Assembly: GCF_009914755.1 (NCBI RefSeq)
Contig: NC_060937.1
Length of the DNA: 64,000 bases
Strand: one strand, 5' to 3'
DNA from: the human T2T-CHM13v2.0 reference genome, Homo sapiens
Below, piece by piece: positions 43,599 through 58,612 of this stretch. The first letter of the stretch is position 1, and every line of letters begins with the position of its first letter. A program made the position numbers and the translations under genes. A model generated the notes under the pieces. That model saw only the letters and a list, made by a program, of their open reading frames with translations, made no database searches and was not told the DNA's origin.

Positions 43599-44588
43599 GA
43601 TCTGGAAAAAGACCAAATACTCATATACTTGAGCTGTTTTAAGGAGGTTGATCCATAAAATGCATTACTAATGTATAGTGGCTTCAATCCCAAAGCAAGT
43701 GAAAGTCGAAGTGAAAGCAATCAGCTGTTACTTTCTCCTTTTACCTGAGGGGATAGAGAATGTTTTCAATTTGTAGATGGAATCATTTCTGTTCATTGAC
43801 ATGGGTGGTATTTTCCTTGCTATTCACAAACTGACTGTGATTTGCAAGTTTCAGAATTTCTCACTGATGAATAATTCAGAGAAAAGGATATATCTTTATT
43901 TTTGTATATTTTCCTTCCAGTTTCCCTTAAATAAAGGGAATGTATTATGTTCATTCATGCCACTGTTTCATTCATGAAGTTATGTTTAGAAGTAAAAATA
44001 AAAGTCTCAGAAAATTTAGAAACACACATTTTAAAGGAAACTAAACATAAATTAAATATTCTCATTATAATTCAGTTGCTGTGATGGCAGATCAAATTCA
44101 AGGAATTCAGACCTTTTGACAAACCTTTATTAAGTATGGTAGTAATAGTCTAAAGATTTGCATAGAGGGACATCATTTTAACCTGGGGTGCTCTTCCTAA
44201 ACAGAAACCCCAGAATATGATTATAAAAAATGCTTTATTGGTGAATCTGATCATCTGATTTGCTCTTTTAGTTGAGAACATCCTGCCCGAAGGACCAAGG
44301 CTGAGGCCCAGCTTAGCTCTTCAGCTCAACCCTCCCTTTTGTATTCTTTTCCAACCCCTCCTTTCCAAGCACTCTGCCCAATCAGCTCTGGCTCTCTAGA
44401 AGGATCCTTCATATCTTCTTTGATTTGCACATTCTTCCAGAAGGTTCTTTCACCCTCTTAATGAGAGAGCGCCTTTAGGAGTTCACCAGTAGTAAGGTTA
44501 TTTTTTCAACAATGAAAAGTGAAAGCTGGGGGGAAAGATTGTATTTAGAATTTACAAAAAGTTTTTTCTTGGTAGAAATGGAGTCTCT

Positions 44589-44702
44589 ATTTACATTTAA
44601 AGCTAAGACTTTTTAAAAAACCTTTTAAATGGCTCTCCACACTAATTTACATTTAAAGCTAAGATTTTTTAAAAAACGTTTTAAATGCTGTTCACACTAA
44701 TT
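44589..44702. repeat. Tandem duplication, 2 x ~56 bp
   Basis: atttacatttaaagctaaga..tttttaaaaaac..ttttaaatg...cacactaa at 44589 and 44645. Confidence 0.9.
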
Positions 44703-46018
44703 AGAAGCAGTTACTTTTTGGGGGAAATGTAGTGACGCTTTAAACACATGACTAAGGAACACAGTGAAGGATTGCTCTCTAAGTTCTTGTTGAGCCTATC
44801 AAGTTGATGGTGCTTTGTCTTGCTGGGTGAAATGAAAAGCAATATTCTCAGGCTCAGGAAGAATTTGGGATAGAGGCTCATGTTACTGCTTGTTATTGCT
44901 GGTAGTGTTTTTTGTGGTTTTGGTTTTGAGATTTTGAGAGTTGCCATCAAAGATGAGGAGAGGATGAGGACACCTAAAGACCTCTGAAGTCTTCGTGATC
45001 TCCTCAATACCACGGTCAGGATGAAGTGCGGAGGATGGATTTAGAGAGAATGCCGTTCCCTCCTCATCTGCCCCACACCCAGCATCAATATGCTTGCACA
45101 CAAGCTCTAGACGAAGTCTTCTGCTAAAGGAAGGGAGGATAAGAAGGAACTAGGCACCAATTTCCATGGTCTCATCTTAAATCTGCTGGAAGTTAAAATT
45201 AGTGGCTTCGGTGCTATGAGAACATCAGATTCCTCAGGCCTTTGTATTAAGTGATACTTGACAACTTCTATTGGGCACTGTCATTAAAACAACAACTCCT
45301 GAATCCCTCATATTATCTGTACTGCAAATAAAACGGATCAAGTGTTTTGAAGCTATAACTAATCTTCACCAGTCTTCACAGGTGCCAGAGAAAGCACGTA
45401 TAAGACTTCCTATTAAATCCCACAGAGAAATGACCTTTTCCATTCTTTCATCTAAAATTGAACATTTTCTTTTAATTTTCCACCACTTTAAAAGTAATTT
45501 GAAAATCCCAATCATGAGACATGTTTGTGACTTTTTCATGGCTGTCTCAAAATCTGTAGCCATTTAGAAATATAGTTGATTGTACTTCTTTTAACCTCCA
45601 GCAAGGCATTTTTCACCTTTCTGGTAAATGATAATGTACTGTTTTTGATTCATGGGTACCATCACTACAGGCAGCTGGAAAAGGAAGGGCAGATGGCCTT
45701 GGCCTCATTTACCTCCACCTACCTTTTCAGTCGATTCTATCCCACGATTCAACTCTAGAATATCCTTTACCGTAAGTGGGATATTGGGATAGATTTACTT
45801 TACTCAGAAATATAACTTCTAAATCTTATCTTGATCCTTTTATTAGTTTTATAAATTGCATCTTTCCAAATATTAATTTTTTTTTTCAGTTTTAGGAAAT
45901 GCTTTTAAGTAATTCATTAAGCTAGTACGTCAGGGAACTGTGAAGTGATGGTGAATTTCTTGTACTTTTCCTCTCTCTTGCAAAATTAATGTCTTACTAG
46001 TATTTAAAATCTAATATC

Positions 46019-46375
<357 letters not shown>

Positions 46376-48399
46376 TCAGGAGCTTCACAGTATACATTCT
46401 ACAATAGTTGAATTCTTATCTATATTTATTTGTTGATTGCTATCAATGCAATAGCCACTGGAGTTCTAAATGAATATGCTCCCATTCTACAGAGGAGAGA
46501 ACAATCTTTGTGTCTAACATTATCAGGAAGACAAGCTGGGCAAACTCACACACTCTCAACCAACCCTGTCCTCCACTTCCTCCGTGGTATTAATGGGATC
46601 TGAATGTTAATTTCATGTAACATAAAATTGTAAGTAAAGCCCATTTTCAGTAGTAGTTTCTTTTTCTTATTAGGAAATGATCCTGAAAATAATCTACAGT
46701 CTAATTATAAATTTAGGTTCATAAATGAGTTGATTTGAAGTGTCTCCAAGTCATTTTATTTCCCCCTTACTCTATTACACAGTTACAGCAGGATCAAGGA
46801 AGAAAATGAGGAACATCTTTTGAAGTGGCTGTTTCTAATCAATATTAATCCATTCATGAATAATGATCAATTGAATGAAAAGAAAAGCCCCCCCAAAATG
46901 ACAGAAATCTCTGTTAGAAACCCGCATTGTTCTTCTTTTATCCCAAATAATAGGTTTTCCTAAAAATAAAATATATTCTTTCATTCACCAAAAAAAAAAA
47001 AAAAAAAAAATGTCAGAAGAAAAGAGACTCTTTAGGCCACATCACGGCATGGCTTCCACTTTGGAAAATGTAAGTATCTGGGTGGTCAGATATTTGTTCT
47101 GTTGGATCAGAAAGCCTATAACTGGTTTTTAAAAAGGTCTGATATTGATTTCCAGTGCTCAGACCCAAGTGCAATATGAAAATGCATAATTCTGTTATTT
47201 CTTTAAATACAAAGTTAGATTACTTTGCAAGAGGATAAAATTTACTGTGTAAATTCTTAAACATTGAAACCCAGTGTTATATCTGTATTGCTTTCAAATA
47301 TAACATTTTTAAACATTTATGTTTAAATTCGCTTTTTTCTTTTAAATGTATCATCTCTCTTTGCAATTCTTCAGGGAGTTGAGGTGTATTTTGGGGCTCC
47401 TTATTGATTGCTGAGGCTTGTCGAAATGTAATGTGTCCCCTGAGTGCCATTAATGCTGATAAATAAGAAGAGATGAATACTTTTCCTTCACATCATGCCT
47501 GATACTTCACCACTCAACACTCATGTCCTTTCGTGCCCTTAATCCTATGAAAGCTATTTGAGGCCATTATTGTATAATTTCCTCTCTGAAAAAGTCAAGA
47601 GCTGGGAGCTGACCAACTTGCACACAGAAAAGAGTTAAGAAAAGTATCCAGGGATTAGGGATCATGGATGTATCATAGCACATGTCGAGATTTTGGGGTC
47701 AGACAGACATGAACATCAGTCTTGACTCTACCACTTCCTAGGTTGGTTGTTGCTTAACGTCTCTAAGCCTCTATTGTCTTATCTGTGCAATGCAATAATA
47801 ATAATAATCTTTGCAGATTGCTAAGAAAAGTAAAAAGAAATATACATCCCTACCACCGTGTCACGCAAATAACAGCAACATAAAAAATTGTGGTGTCTGT
47901 GGTTATGCTGGGAAAATCTGGCATTCATCAGTAACTAAAAAGCTGTTACATACAAAGTGTCATATTTCATCCACTATATGATGTGTGCATTTGCGTATTT
48001 TAACATCTCCAAAATTGGGATGTTTCTTCGTGATGACATCTTTTTAAACTTAATGAAACGCAGTATAATCCTTGTATACTTCATTTAAAATAATAATGAA
48101 AAATATTTGCTAAATTTGAGCTCTTACTATGTGCTAAGCACTGAGCATTTTACATAGATTGTCTGACCTAATTCTTACAATCCCCATGGGGTAGAACCCC
48201 TTTATGTAAGAGGCTAAGTACCTTTTACGTGGTTGGTGCCTGGGTAGGGAGCTGGAATAGGGGACTGAGTACAAGTATGGGAAATGAGGTATAACTGGAT
48301 TGCCTCTTAGCAACAATGTGATTTTAGGAAAGCATTTATCCTTTCGCCTTTCTCAACAAAAAAAATAGTGTCAATATATTTACAATAAAGTCACTGGAC

Positions 48400-48650
48400 T
48401 TAGTGATTAAAACATGTCCTCTAGAGCTAGGCTGCCTGTGTTTGAATACTGGCTTTAATTGCCACATATATGACCTTGACCATCGATTGATATAACCCCC
48501 TGAATAATTGTTTTCCCATCTGTAAAATAAAGACAATAATTGACCAGCCTCATGGGTCTGTTGTGAAGATTAGACACATTAATATTTGCAAGCTCTTAGG
48601 AAAGTCCTTGTCACCTATTAAGAGCCATTCGGATTAACTTCTATTATTAT
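48400..48650 (+). mobile_element. MIR SINE (other MIR relics at ~47680-47900, 48100-48200 and 51330-51500)
   Basis: tagtgattaaaac..ctctagagctaggctgcctgtgtttgaat...cccatctgtaaaat...ttgtgaagattag. Confidence 0.75.
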
Positions 48651-48784
48651 TACATAATACAGTTGTGAGGTATAAAAGGAATTGTTTGGAAAGTATCTGA
48701 TGCTATGTAATGTTGGACCTGTTTGCCCCGCGTGTTTCCCGAAGATGTGGGTGCAAAACAATTCTAAAAAAGTTACAGCTTGAC

Positions 48785-49090
<306 letters not shown>

Positions 49091-49297
49091 TTACAGCTTG
49101 AACTCAAGACATCTAGTAACTGCAATGAAATAACCTGAAACTTATTTTATATTTTAAAAACCTTTATCTTCTTCTTATTGTTTGGTTGTTAGCTTTGAGA
49201 CTTATGTGTTGGGTTTATTTTTAAATGTGGTTAACTTTCCCTAGGTACTGAGGCAGAAAGCAAAGGTGCTGGGTGGTCAGACCCTACTCATCCCTTT

Positions 49298-49472
49298 GGC
49301 AATGCTTCTCATGATTTAATGCACGTGTGAGTCATCTAGTAGGTTTGTGAAAATATAGCTCCTCCCACCTTCCACCTCTGATTTTGTTGGTCTGAGATAG
49401 GGGCCTGCAAATTTGCATTTGAACAAAGCCCGAGGGATAGTGATGCTGCTAGTTCGTAGACCACTCTCAGAG
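49298..49472. mobile_element. MER5A-like hAT element
   Basis: ggtctgagataggggcctgcaaatttgcatttgaacaa...gtgatgctgctagttcgtagaccac. Confidence 0.6.
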
Positions 49473-50090
49473 GAGTCCGGGACTCCCCAGAGCTGTTGTA
49501 CAAAAACCATACCCCAAAAGAAGCAGAGGAGTATGTGATTTCTAGGAGCACTGGCACAGCGTCCCACATGCACATTTTGGAGAACTGAAGGGTTAGCAGC
49601 ACTGGATAATTGCATCATTTATTTTCTCAAAATGAAATTCCACATTTTACTTCCCAGTAATGACAGGCCATTTCTCCATTAAGGCAAACACCAATTTTCA
49701 AAAATAAGCCATTTACTTTCTCCTTTAACTCTAAATAGATTTGTACTGTTTTCAGAAGATATTGTGTTTCCGACCTTGACAAGTCCTGTGAGCAATAGAA
49801 ATGTTATTCTATAGATCACAAACATATACACAAATATACATGTATTTCCTAATTGTGTTCCACTATAAATTTTATTTAAAAAATTTCCTTTTCAATTCTC
49901 TCATTATATTTCCTATTCTCAAGTAATTGTCATTTGCAGTTAGACAACATGAAGACAGATTTGCCATGTAAAAACTGCTAAAATAAAGGTGGTGCTGACC
50001 TGCCCATTTCAAAGATGTAGGATTTATCTGTGTCTCATGCTCAACTGTTATTCCTCCTCTGTTTGCCTGTGGTTGTATACATTCCTTTAA

Positions 50091-50371
<281 letters not shown>

Positions 50372-51499
50372 TTTCTCTTTCTTTCTTTCTTTCTTTCTTC
50401 TCTCTTTCTTTCTTTCTGTCTTTCTTTCTTTCTTTTCTTTCTTTCTCTCTCTTTTTTTTTTTAATATCAAGCTAGAAAATAAAACGTGAAAGGAAGAAGG
50501 GATTTACAGGAAGAGAGGAACAGTTGTGTATATCACTGGCAGTGGAATACAAATAGAGTCATGTTTGAGGATGTCCAGGGCCATGAGACTGCATTCAACT
50601 CCACTGTCTCCTTTTCATTTCCACTGTGGCCATCCGAAGTCTTCATTTTGTCCATTTTCAGTTTCAATGTTTCAATATTTTCTTTACATTCCTGATCTAT
50701 TTTCCTAATGAATCCAATTTTAATAAACAATGTTATCTTAAATAAGCTACTCTACTTTATCACAAACTGCAATGGGACAGCCTTTCAACAACTATATCTG
50801 TGAAGCTTGGACAAGTCATATGATCACAGTCCTGCAGCCCAGAGAAGAAATTTAGGTGAGAAGTTTGAATCTGCAGAATGCCAGCTGATTTATAGAATCA
50901 AAGGTAGTCAGAAAGATTCAAGAAAAGTATTGTTACTGCCCAATTTTTTCATCTCCTAGTATCACCCCCCACCGCCCCCGCCGCCCCGAACACTTGCATA
51001 TATCTTTCTTTGGCCAACATGCTGGATAATGGCAGTGATTTCTAACAGATACTTGGTGCTAAGGACAGAAGCCCTAGACTCTATCAATTGACAAACACAG
51101 GAGATGTCTCTTGACTGGATGAAGATTAATACTTCTCATCAGCCTACTTTGATAAAAGTAAGACAGTGAGCAGATTGTCTAGGTGGTGGAGTGGTCTTTC
51201 ATTTTTGGTATGTTTGAAAACATAGAATGCAATGGAGAGGCACAATAAGCACAGTTAGCTTATGCAAAGTAACCGAAATACCCTGTGTGTGTGTGTGTAC
51301 ATATGATCGAGCCAGCCTCCTCAGTGCCTTGCATTGCTGTTAAGAGGGGAAGTTCTAGGCTAAGACTTTGTGAGTTTGGATTCCTACTATGCTACTTGAC
51401 CTTGGGCAACTTACTTAACTTCTCTGTGCCTTGTTTTACTTATCTGCAAAATGGCAAAAATAATAGTACTCATGGAGGTGGTGAGGATTAAAATTATAT

Positions 51500-51803
51500 G
51501 TATATCTAAATTGTGCAGTATATAATACATATACATATATAATTGTACATATATTATATATATACACTTGGGTACATATATATGGTTTGTTGTATATATG
51601 GGATATACATGTATATATGATAGATACATTATATATAGTATATATGGATAGAGTATATATTACACATTATATATTAACCATCTATAATGTGTGTGTGTGT
51701 ATATATACATATTTATAGGCATTTTTATCTTCAACATTACCCAGGGTAGTAGTATTTCATATATATACATATACAGACACACAGATAAACTATATTTGCA
51801 CAT

Positions 51804-51835
<32 letters not shown>

Positions 51836-51850
51836 TGATGCATATATACA
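51500..51850. repeat. Degenerate (TA)n/(CA)n low-complexity region
   Basis: Directly visible. Confidence 0.8.
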
Positions 51851-52339
51851 GTTTAGAATGTTTCTCACAGAGAGTAAATTCTCAGTAGGTGTTTGATAGC
51901 TAGGAAATATCAAGGGTTCAATATGTAGCTAAGGATATAACTCTATTAGCAAAACAACTAGACATTGCCATAGCCAGCCAAGCAACACAATTAGCTTATC
52001 AAATACTATAGATTTTGCCATAATTGGTCCACATGCCAATGTCTGCCAATGGAGTTCATTCATTAGCCATGAGCAATCCAAACCAAGAGAATGAAGACTA
52101 ATGGAACAAACAAATCATTTGTATTTTCTATAAGCTTTTTAAAACAGTGGTAATGGCAAGAGCTAATGGAGACAATTCAAATATACTACAGTTTATTAAA
52201 AAAGTAATTCTACACAGTTGAGTGAAACTATTTTTGGCAAAAACAAATTGACAAAGGGACCAGATAGTAATAACCATGTTCTTAAGTATATTTTAATTGA
52301 ATTACTTTTGCATTAAAATGTTACAAAACATGAAAAATG

Positions 52340-55300
52340 CCTCAGGATATCAATAAGATGGTGGAAAAGTAAGTCCCAGTCCTTATTTCCACAGCAATAT
52401 ACAGCCCAAAACCTTTATGAGAACTCCAGAAAGCAGAGAAGAAGTGGCAGAACCCTGGATGAGTACAACGATGAACAGCCTTATTGAAACAAATACACAG
52501 CATATGCAGATGCCATTTGTTACATCAATAACATAAAATAAGGGTGGAGAGATACAAACGAGTAGAGTTTTTGTGTACAATTGAAGTTAAGTTGATAATC
52601 GCTTAAAATCAATTATAACCATAAAATGTTTTATGTTAGCCCCATGGTAACTATAAATAAAACACCTATAGAAGAGATATAAAAGGAAATGTAAAAGGAA
52701 TCAGAGCATGTCCATAGAAAACAAGAGTCAATGACTCAAAAAGGAAAGCAGTAAGAGTGGGGGAAAATACATGTATCTAACATCAAAGCTCCCAAATGTA
52801 TGACGCATACGTTGACAGAAGTGAAGGGAGAATTCAACATTAACACAGTAACAGGAGGAGATCTTAACACCTCACTTTCAACAATGGATAGAACAATCAG
52901 ACAGATGGTAACTAAGGAAACAGAGACTATAACGACACTACAACCAATTGAACTTAACAGACATGTATAAAACACTCTACCCCATAAAAGCAAAATACAC
53001 ATTTTTCTTAAGTTCACAGAGAATGTCTCCCAGGATAGATCACACATTAGGCTACAAAACAAATCTTAACAAATTTAAGAAGATTGAAATCATACCAATT
53101 ATCTTTTCTGCTCACAATGAAATGAAACAAGAAATCAATAGCAGTGGAAAAATGGAAATTTCCAACAGTGTTAAAATTAAACAGCACACACTTGCACAAC
53201 TGAGTTAATAAAGAAATTGAAAGGGAAATTGATATGGTTTGACTTTGTCCCCACCCAAATCTCATCTTGAATTTTCACATGTTGTGGGAGGGACCCAGTG
53301 GGAGGTGATTGAATCATGGGGGGCAGGTCTTTCCCATGCTGCTCTCATGATAGTAAATAAGTCTCACAAGATCTGATGGTTTTAAAAAGAGGAGTTCCCC
53401 TGCACAAATTCTCTCTCTTTTCCTGCTGCCATCTATGTAAGACGTGACTTGCTCCTCCTTGCCTTCTGCCATGATTGTGAGGCTTTTCCAGCCAAGGGGA
53501 ACTATAAGTCCATTAAACCTCTATCTTTTGTAAATTGCCCAGTCTCGGGTATGTCTTTTTCAGCAGCATGAAAATGGACTAATAAAGAAATTAAAAGATA
53601 TCTTGAGACAACCTAACAAAGCTTATGGGATGCAGCCAAAAGCAGCACCAAGAGCAAAGTTTATAGTGATAAAAACCTGCAATCAAAAGAACGATCTCAA
53701 ATGAATAAGATTTATACCTAAAGGAATTAGAAAAAGAACGAAGTAAACAGGTAGCTAACAGAGGAAAGGAATAAAAATTAGACCAGAAATCAACAAAGTA
53801 GAGAACAGAAAAACAAGAAGAAAAAAAATTAAACACAGAGTTTTTTTTTGAAAAGATTAACAAAATTGACAAACCGTTATCTAGACTAAGAAAACAAGGG
53901 AAGACTCAAGTAACTAAAATCAGAAATGAAAGATGAGACATCACAATTGGTGCCAAAAAAGGAGATAATAAGCGACTACAGAACAACTATCTGCCAGCAA
54001 ATGGAATAGCCTAAAAAAATGGATATGTTTCCAGAAATATAAAGTCTACCAAGACTGAACTATGAAGAATTAGAAAATCGCAACAGATTTATAACTATTA
54101 AGAAAATTGAATCAGTAATCAGAAACCTCCCAATAAATAAAAGCCCAGGACCAGATGGCTTCACTGAAGAATTCTATGAAACATTTAAAGAATAATTGCC
54201 AATCCTTCTCAAACTCTTCCAAAAAACTGAAGAGGAGGGAACACTTCCAAATCCATTTTATGAGTCCATCATTACTCTGATACAAAAGCCAGACAACGAT
54301 ACTAACAGAAAAGAAAATTACAGGACAATATCACTGATGCATATTGATGCAAAAATCCTTAACAAAACACTAGCAAATCAATTTCAAAAGTACATTAAAA
54401 AGATTAGACACTGTGACTAAGTTGGATTTATTTCTTATGTACGTGATGGCTCACACACAAAAATCAATCAATGTAATACACCACATCAACCAAAGAACAC
54501 AAATCACATGCTCCTCTCTATGATGCAGAAAAAGCATTTGACAAAATCCAACATGCTTTCATGATAAAAACACTCAACTAACTAAGCGTAGAAGAAAATT
54601 ACTGTAACATAATAAAGGTCATATATGAAAAGGACACAGGTATCATTATATTCAATGGTTAAAAACCAAAGCTTTTCCTTTAATATCAGGAGCAAGACAA
54701 GAATGCCCACTCTTACCACTTTTATTCAAAATGGCATTGGAAGGCCTACCAAGATAAAATAGTAGAAAAATATATAAATAAAATCATCCAAGTTGGAAAG
54801 GAAGAAGTAAAATTATCTCTTTTCACAGATGAGATAAACTTACACATAAAAATCCCTAAAGATTCTACCAAAAAAATTGTTAGAACTAATAAAAACAAAT
54901 TTGGTAAAGTTGAAGAATACCAAATGAACTCTCAGAAATCAGTTGTGTTTCTATGTGCTAACAACAAACAACCTAAAAATGAAGAACAATCTCAGTTATA
55001 ATAGCAGCTACACACACACACACACATACACACACACAAGACTTGTACACTGACAACTTCAAAAACATTGCTGAAAGAAGTTAAAGACATCAGTAAATGA
55101 AAAACCATCCTTTGTTCTTGCATTGGAAGACTTATATATTAAAATGTTTATACGACTCAAAGCAATCTATAGATTCAATGCAATTTCTATCAAAATCTCA
55201 ATTGCATTTTTTACAGAAACAGAAAAAAATTCTAAAATTCATATGGAATCTGGAAGGACCCTGAATGGCCAAAACAATCTTGACAAAGAAGAGAAAAGCT

Positions 55301-56706
55301 GGAGGCCTCACACTTTCTGATTTTGAAACACATTGCAAATTAAGAGTAATTAAAAGGGTATGGTATTGGCATAAAGACAAAGACATAGACCAAAAGAACA
55401 CAATCGAGAGCCCAGGAATAAACTCTTGTATATATGGCCAAGTGATCTTTGACAAGCATGCAAAGTCTACACAATATGGAAAGAAGAGTCTCTTCAAAAA
55501 ATTGTACTGGGAAAACTGGATGATCAAGAACCCTTATCTTACACCATATACAAAACTAAGTCAAAATGGATTAAGTGCCTACATGTAATACCTGAAACTA
55601 TAAAACTCTTAGAAGAAAACATAGTAAAAGAGCCTCATGATATTAGAATGGACAATGATTTATTAACTGTAACTCTGAAAGCACAGACAGCAAAATATAA
55701 AAATAGACAACAGGACTACATCAATCTTAAAACTTACACCTATGGATTGAGAAAAAATATTTCCAACCCTTTATTGGGTGGAGGGTTAATATCCAGAACT
55801 TACAAAAAGATCTTGCAACTCAACAACACAAATAGTAACAACGAAAATCAACCCAAGGAACATATAAATTAAGAATCTGAATAGACATTTCTCCAGAGAA
55901 TACAAACAGATGGCCAACATGCATAGGAAAAGACGCTCAACATCACTAATCACCATGGAAATGCAAGTCAAAACCACAATGAGCTATCACCCCATACCCA
56001 CTAGGATGGGCAGCATAACACAAAACAGAACAGAAAATAACACACATTGGTGCATATGAGGAGAAACGGGAAACATTGCGTACTTTGTTGGGGGCGGGGG
56101 GGCAGATTGTAAATTGGCATAGCTATTATGGAAAACAGCAAGAAAGGCCCTCAAAATTAAAGATAGAACTCCCATATGATCCAGCAATCCCACTTCTGGG
56201 TATATATCCAAAAGAATTAAAAACAGGATCTCGAAGAGATATGTGCATACCCATGTTCACTACAGCATTATACGCAATATCCAAGAGGCAGACGCCACCT
56301 AAATGTACATCCACAGATGAATGAAGAAAATATGGTGTATACGCATGCAATGCAACATATTCTGCCTTTAAAAAGGGAAGTCCTGTCATGTTCTACAACA
56401 TGGATAAACCTTGAGGAGATTATGCTAAGTGAAATAAACCAATTAGAAAAATACTGCATGAATCCTCTTATATATGACAGATGGTTATGAAGTAATCAAA
56501 CTCATAGAAAGTAGAGTGATGATTGCCAGGGTGTGGGGAGGGGCAAATGAGGAGTTGCTCTTTAATAGGTGTAGCATGTGGTCATGAAAGATGAAAAATT
56601 CCTACAGATATTTTGCTCAATGATATGCATATAATAATACTGTACTGTACTATTAAAAACTGCTGACAGTAAATTTATGTTATTTGTTTTTTACAATTTT
56701 AAAAAT
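52340..56706 (+). mobile_element. Old L1 (L1MB/L1MA-like): 5' UTR remnant, decayed ORF2 and 3' UTR
   Basis: ORF2 peptides: endonuclease (LTDMYKTLYPIKAKYTFFLSSQRMSPRIDHTLGYK), RT ([22 protein letters not shown]...[17 protein letters not shown]) and C-terminus (ELPYDPAIPLLGIYPKE). Many stops and frameshifts; ORF1 not seen. Confidence 0.92.
53230..53586 (+). mobile_element. THE1 MaLR solo LTR inserted in L1 ORF2
   Basis: tgatatggtttgactttgtccccacccaaatctc ... aaatggactaata. 5-bp TSD GAAAT. Confidence 0.94.
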
Positions 56707-58351
56707 CCTCATTTGATGGATCTATTACCCACAGCCACATGAGGACAATCTAAATTATTATCTTATAAAGCATAAACAGATGATTTTTAATATTAGAGTA
56801 TGTAATCTAAGACAACTGCATATTTTTTCTTCCATCTGGAAAATTGGGAAGAAGGCTCACAGTTTTACCAATGGCCTTTAAAACAATATTTATGTTCAGA
56901 ATTAGGTTTGTAAATTCTGATTTAAATTAAAATTTTCTTATTTCTTTTTTAAATTAGGGGTCCACTTTTTTAAATTAGAAAAATGGTGGATTATATTTAT
57001 CTTCATATAAATGAAGTTATAACATAAAAGTGTTCATATTTTTTAATGGAGCAAGGTACCCACAAGCGCCATAATGAGGCCCTGGGACTGGACACATTTC
57101 TTTACTTTTGCCAGACTCTTTTCCAAAGATCCTCAAGTTGATGGCTTTCTGAGGCATTCTGCCCCACCTGCCTTGGGGTCACATCATCACTCTGTGCTAG
57201 ACATCAGGTGCTGCTCACTTGCCTAGGACACCACCAACTGTGTAGCACCCTTGCCTTTGTATTCCTCCTCAGCCCTGCTGAAACAAGCACCCTTGGGCAT
57301 CTTATTCTGAAATTTCAAGAGGACAGGTCTAAACTCTCTGCTTTCCTAGCACAACAAACATAACCAGCCATGCTTTGAGTTATGAAAAAAGGTACGTAGA
57401 ATAGTCCATGTAATTATCACAAGCCTCAGACAGGCTCTCTTTATTCAACTACAGTACAGTCTATTTTAAAATTCCATCATCTTCTCTTTCACGGGCAGTC
57501 TATCCAGCCATGTCAAGTAACAATGAGCATGAAATGCCCAACTGTGAATCGATGATCCTATCCTCATTTCCGCAATCTTGTTTAATAATGCATTACGCAA
57601 AAGAAAAAGTCTGTGTTAAGTCAAATGAAAAGAAAAAAATACTTTCTAATTACCAACCATACCTCTGTAAGGGACCGCAAATATTTTACTTCTGCTAATA
57701 ACAATGTGTAAACTCAGACTTAACAATGTCCACTGAGCATGTGATGACGATAAGAGTTAATTATTGGTTGTGCATGAAATGTTCCAAGCTTTTAAGATGC
57801 GTGGGTATCATGACGCAAATCCTGCCACAAGAACGCTCCTGACCCAGCAGCGACTCTACGCCAGCCTGGACTTGGGTCTCGCTTGTCACACCTCTCCGCA
57901 GAAAGCAGAAAAACATAACCATCCCTTTGGATTCTAAGGGTCAGACCCCATGGACGTTTTCCCCAAGGCATCTAGTTCAGAACATGCTGGTTAGTTTATT
58001 AGTTGTCCTTAGTTATCTAAAAGCATTTCTCAATTGTTCTGAGATTGCTTGAAACTAGTTTTAAATGTTATTTTATTTCAGTTCTGTGGAAATTACAAAA
58101 GAGCTTCTGGTTGATTGAGCAATCAGAGGCATTTTCAGAAGAAAATTAATAATCAAGTTACTGTGTACTTTATGGATCAAATAATTTAATTTAGCTCTTA
58201 AAATTATAAATTATTGGATTTTTTTAAAGAAACATTTCATTTGCATTAAAAGTGTTACGTTCACTCGGAAGTAAATTTAGCACTTTAACAAATAGCAATA
58301 ATTGTGTCAAATTATTTGGAAAATTTAAAGTGCATATAATGAAAATCTTAA

Positions 58352-58612
58352 TTTTTTTTAAAAATTTTACTTTAACTTCTGGGATACATGTGCAGAGTGT
58401 GCAGGTTTGTTACATAGGTATACATGTGCCATGGTGGCTTGCTGCACCTATCAACCTGTCGTCTAGGTTTTAAGCTCCATATGCATTAGGTTTTTGTCCG
58501 AATGCTCTCCCTCCCCTTACCTCCCACCCCCCGGCAGGCCCCTGCGTGTGATGTTCCCCTCCCTGTGTCCACATGTTCTCATTGTTCAACTCCCACTTAT
58601 GAGTCAGAACAT
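58352..58612 (-). mobile_element. L1PA8-like 3' end
   Basis: ctaggttttaagctccatatgcattagg segment typical of L1PA8. TSD atcttaa. Confidence 0.85.
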
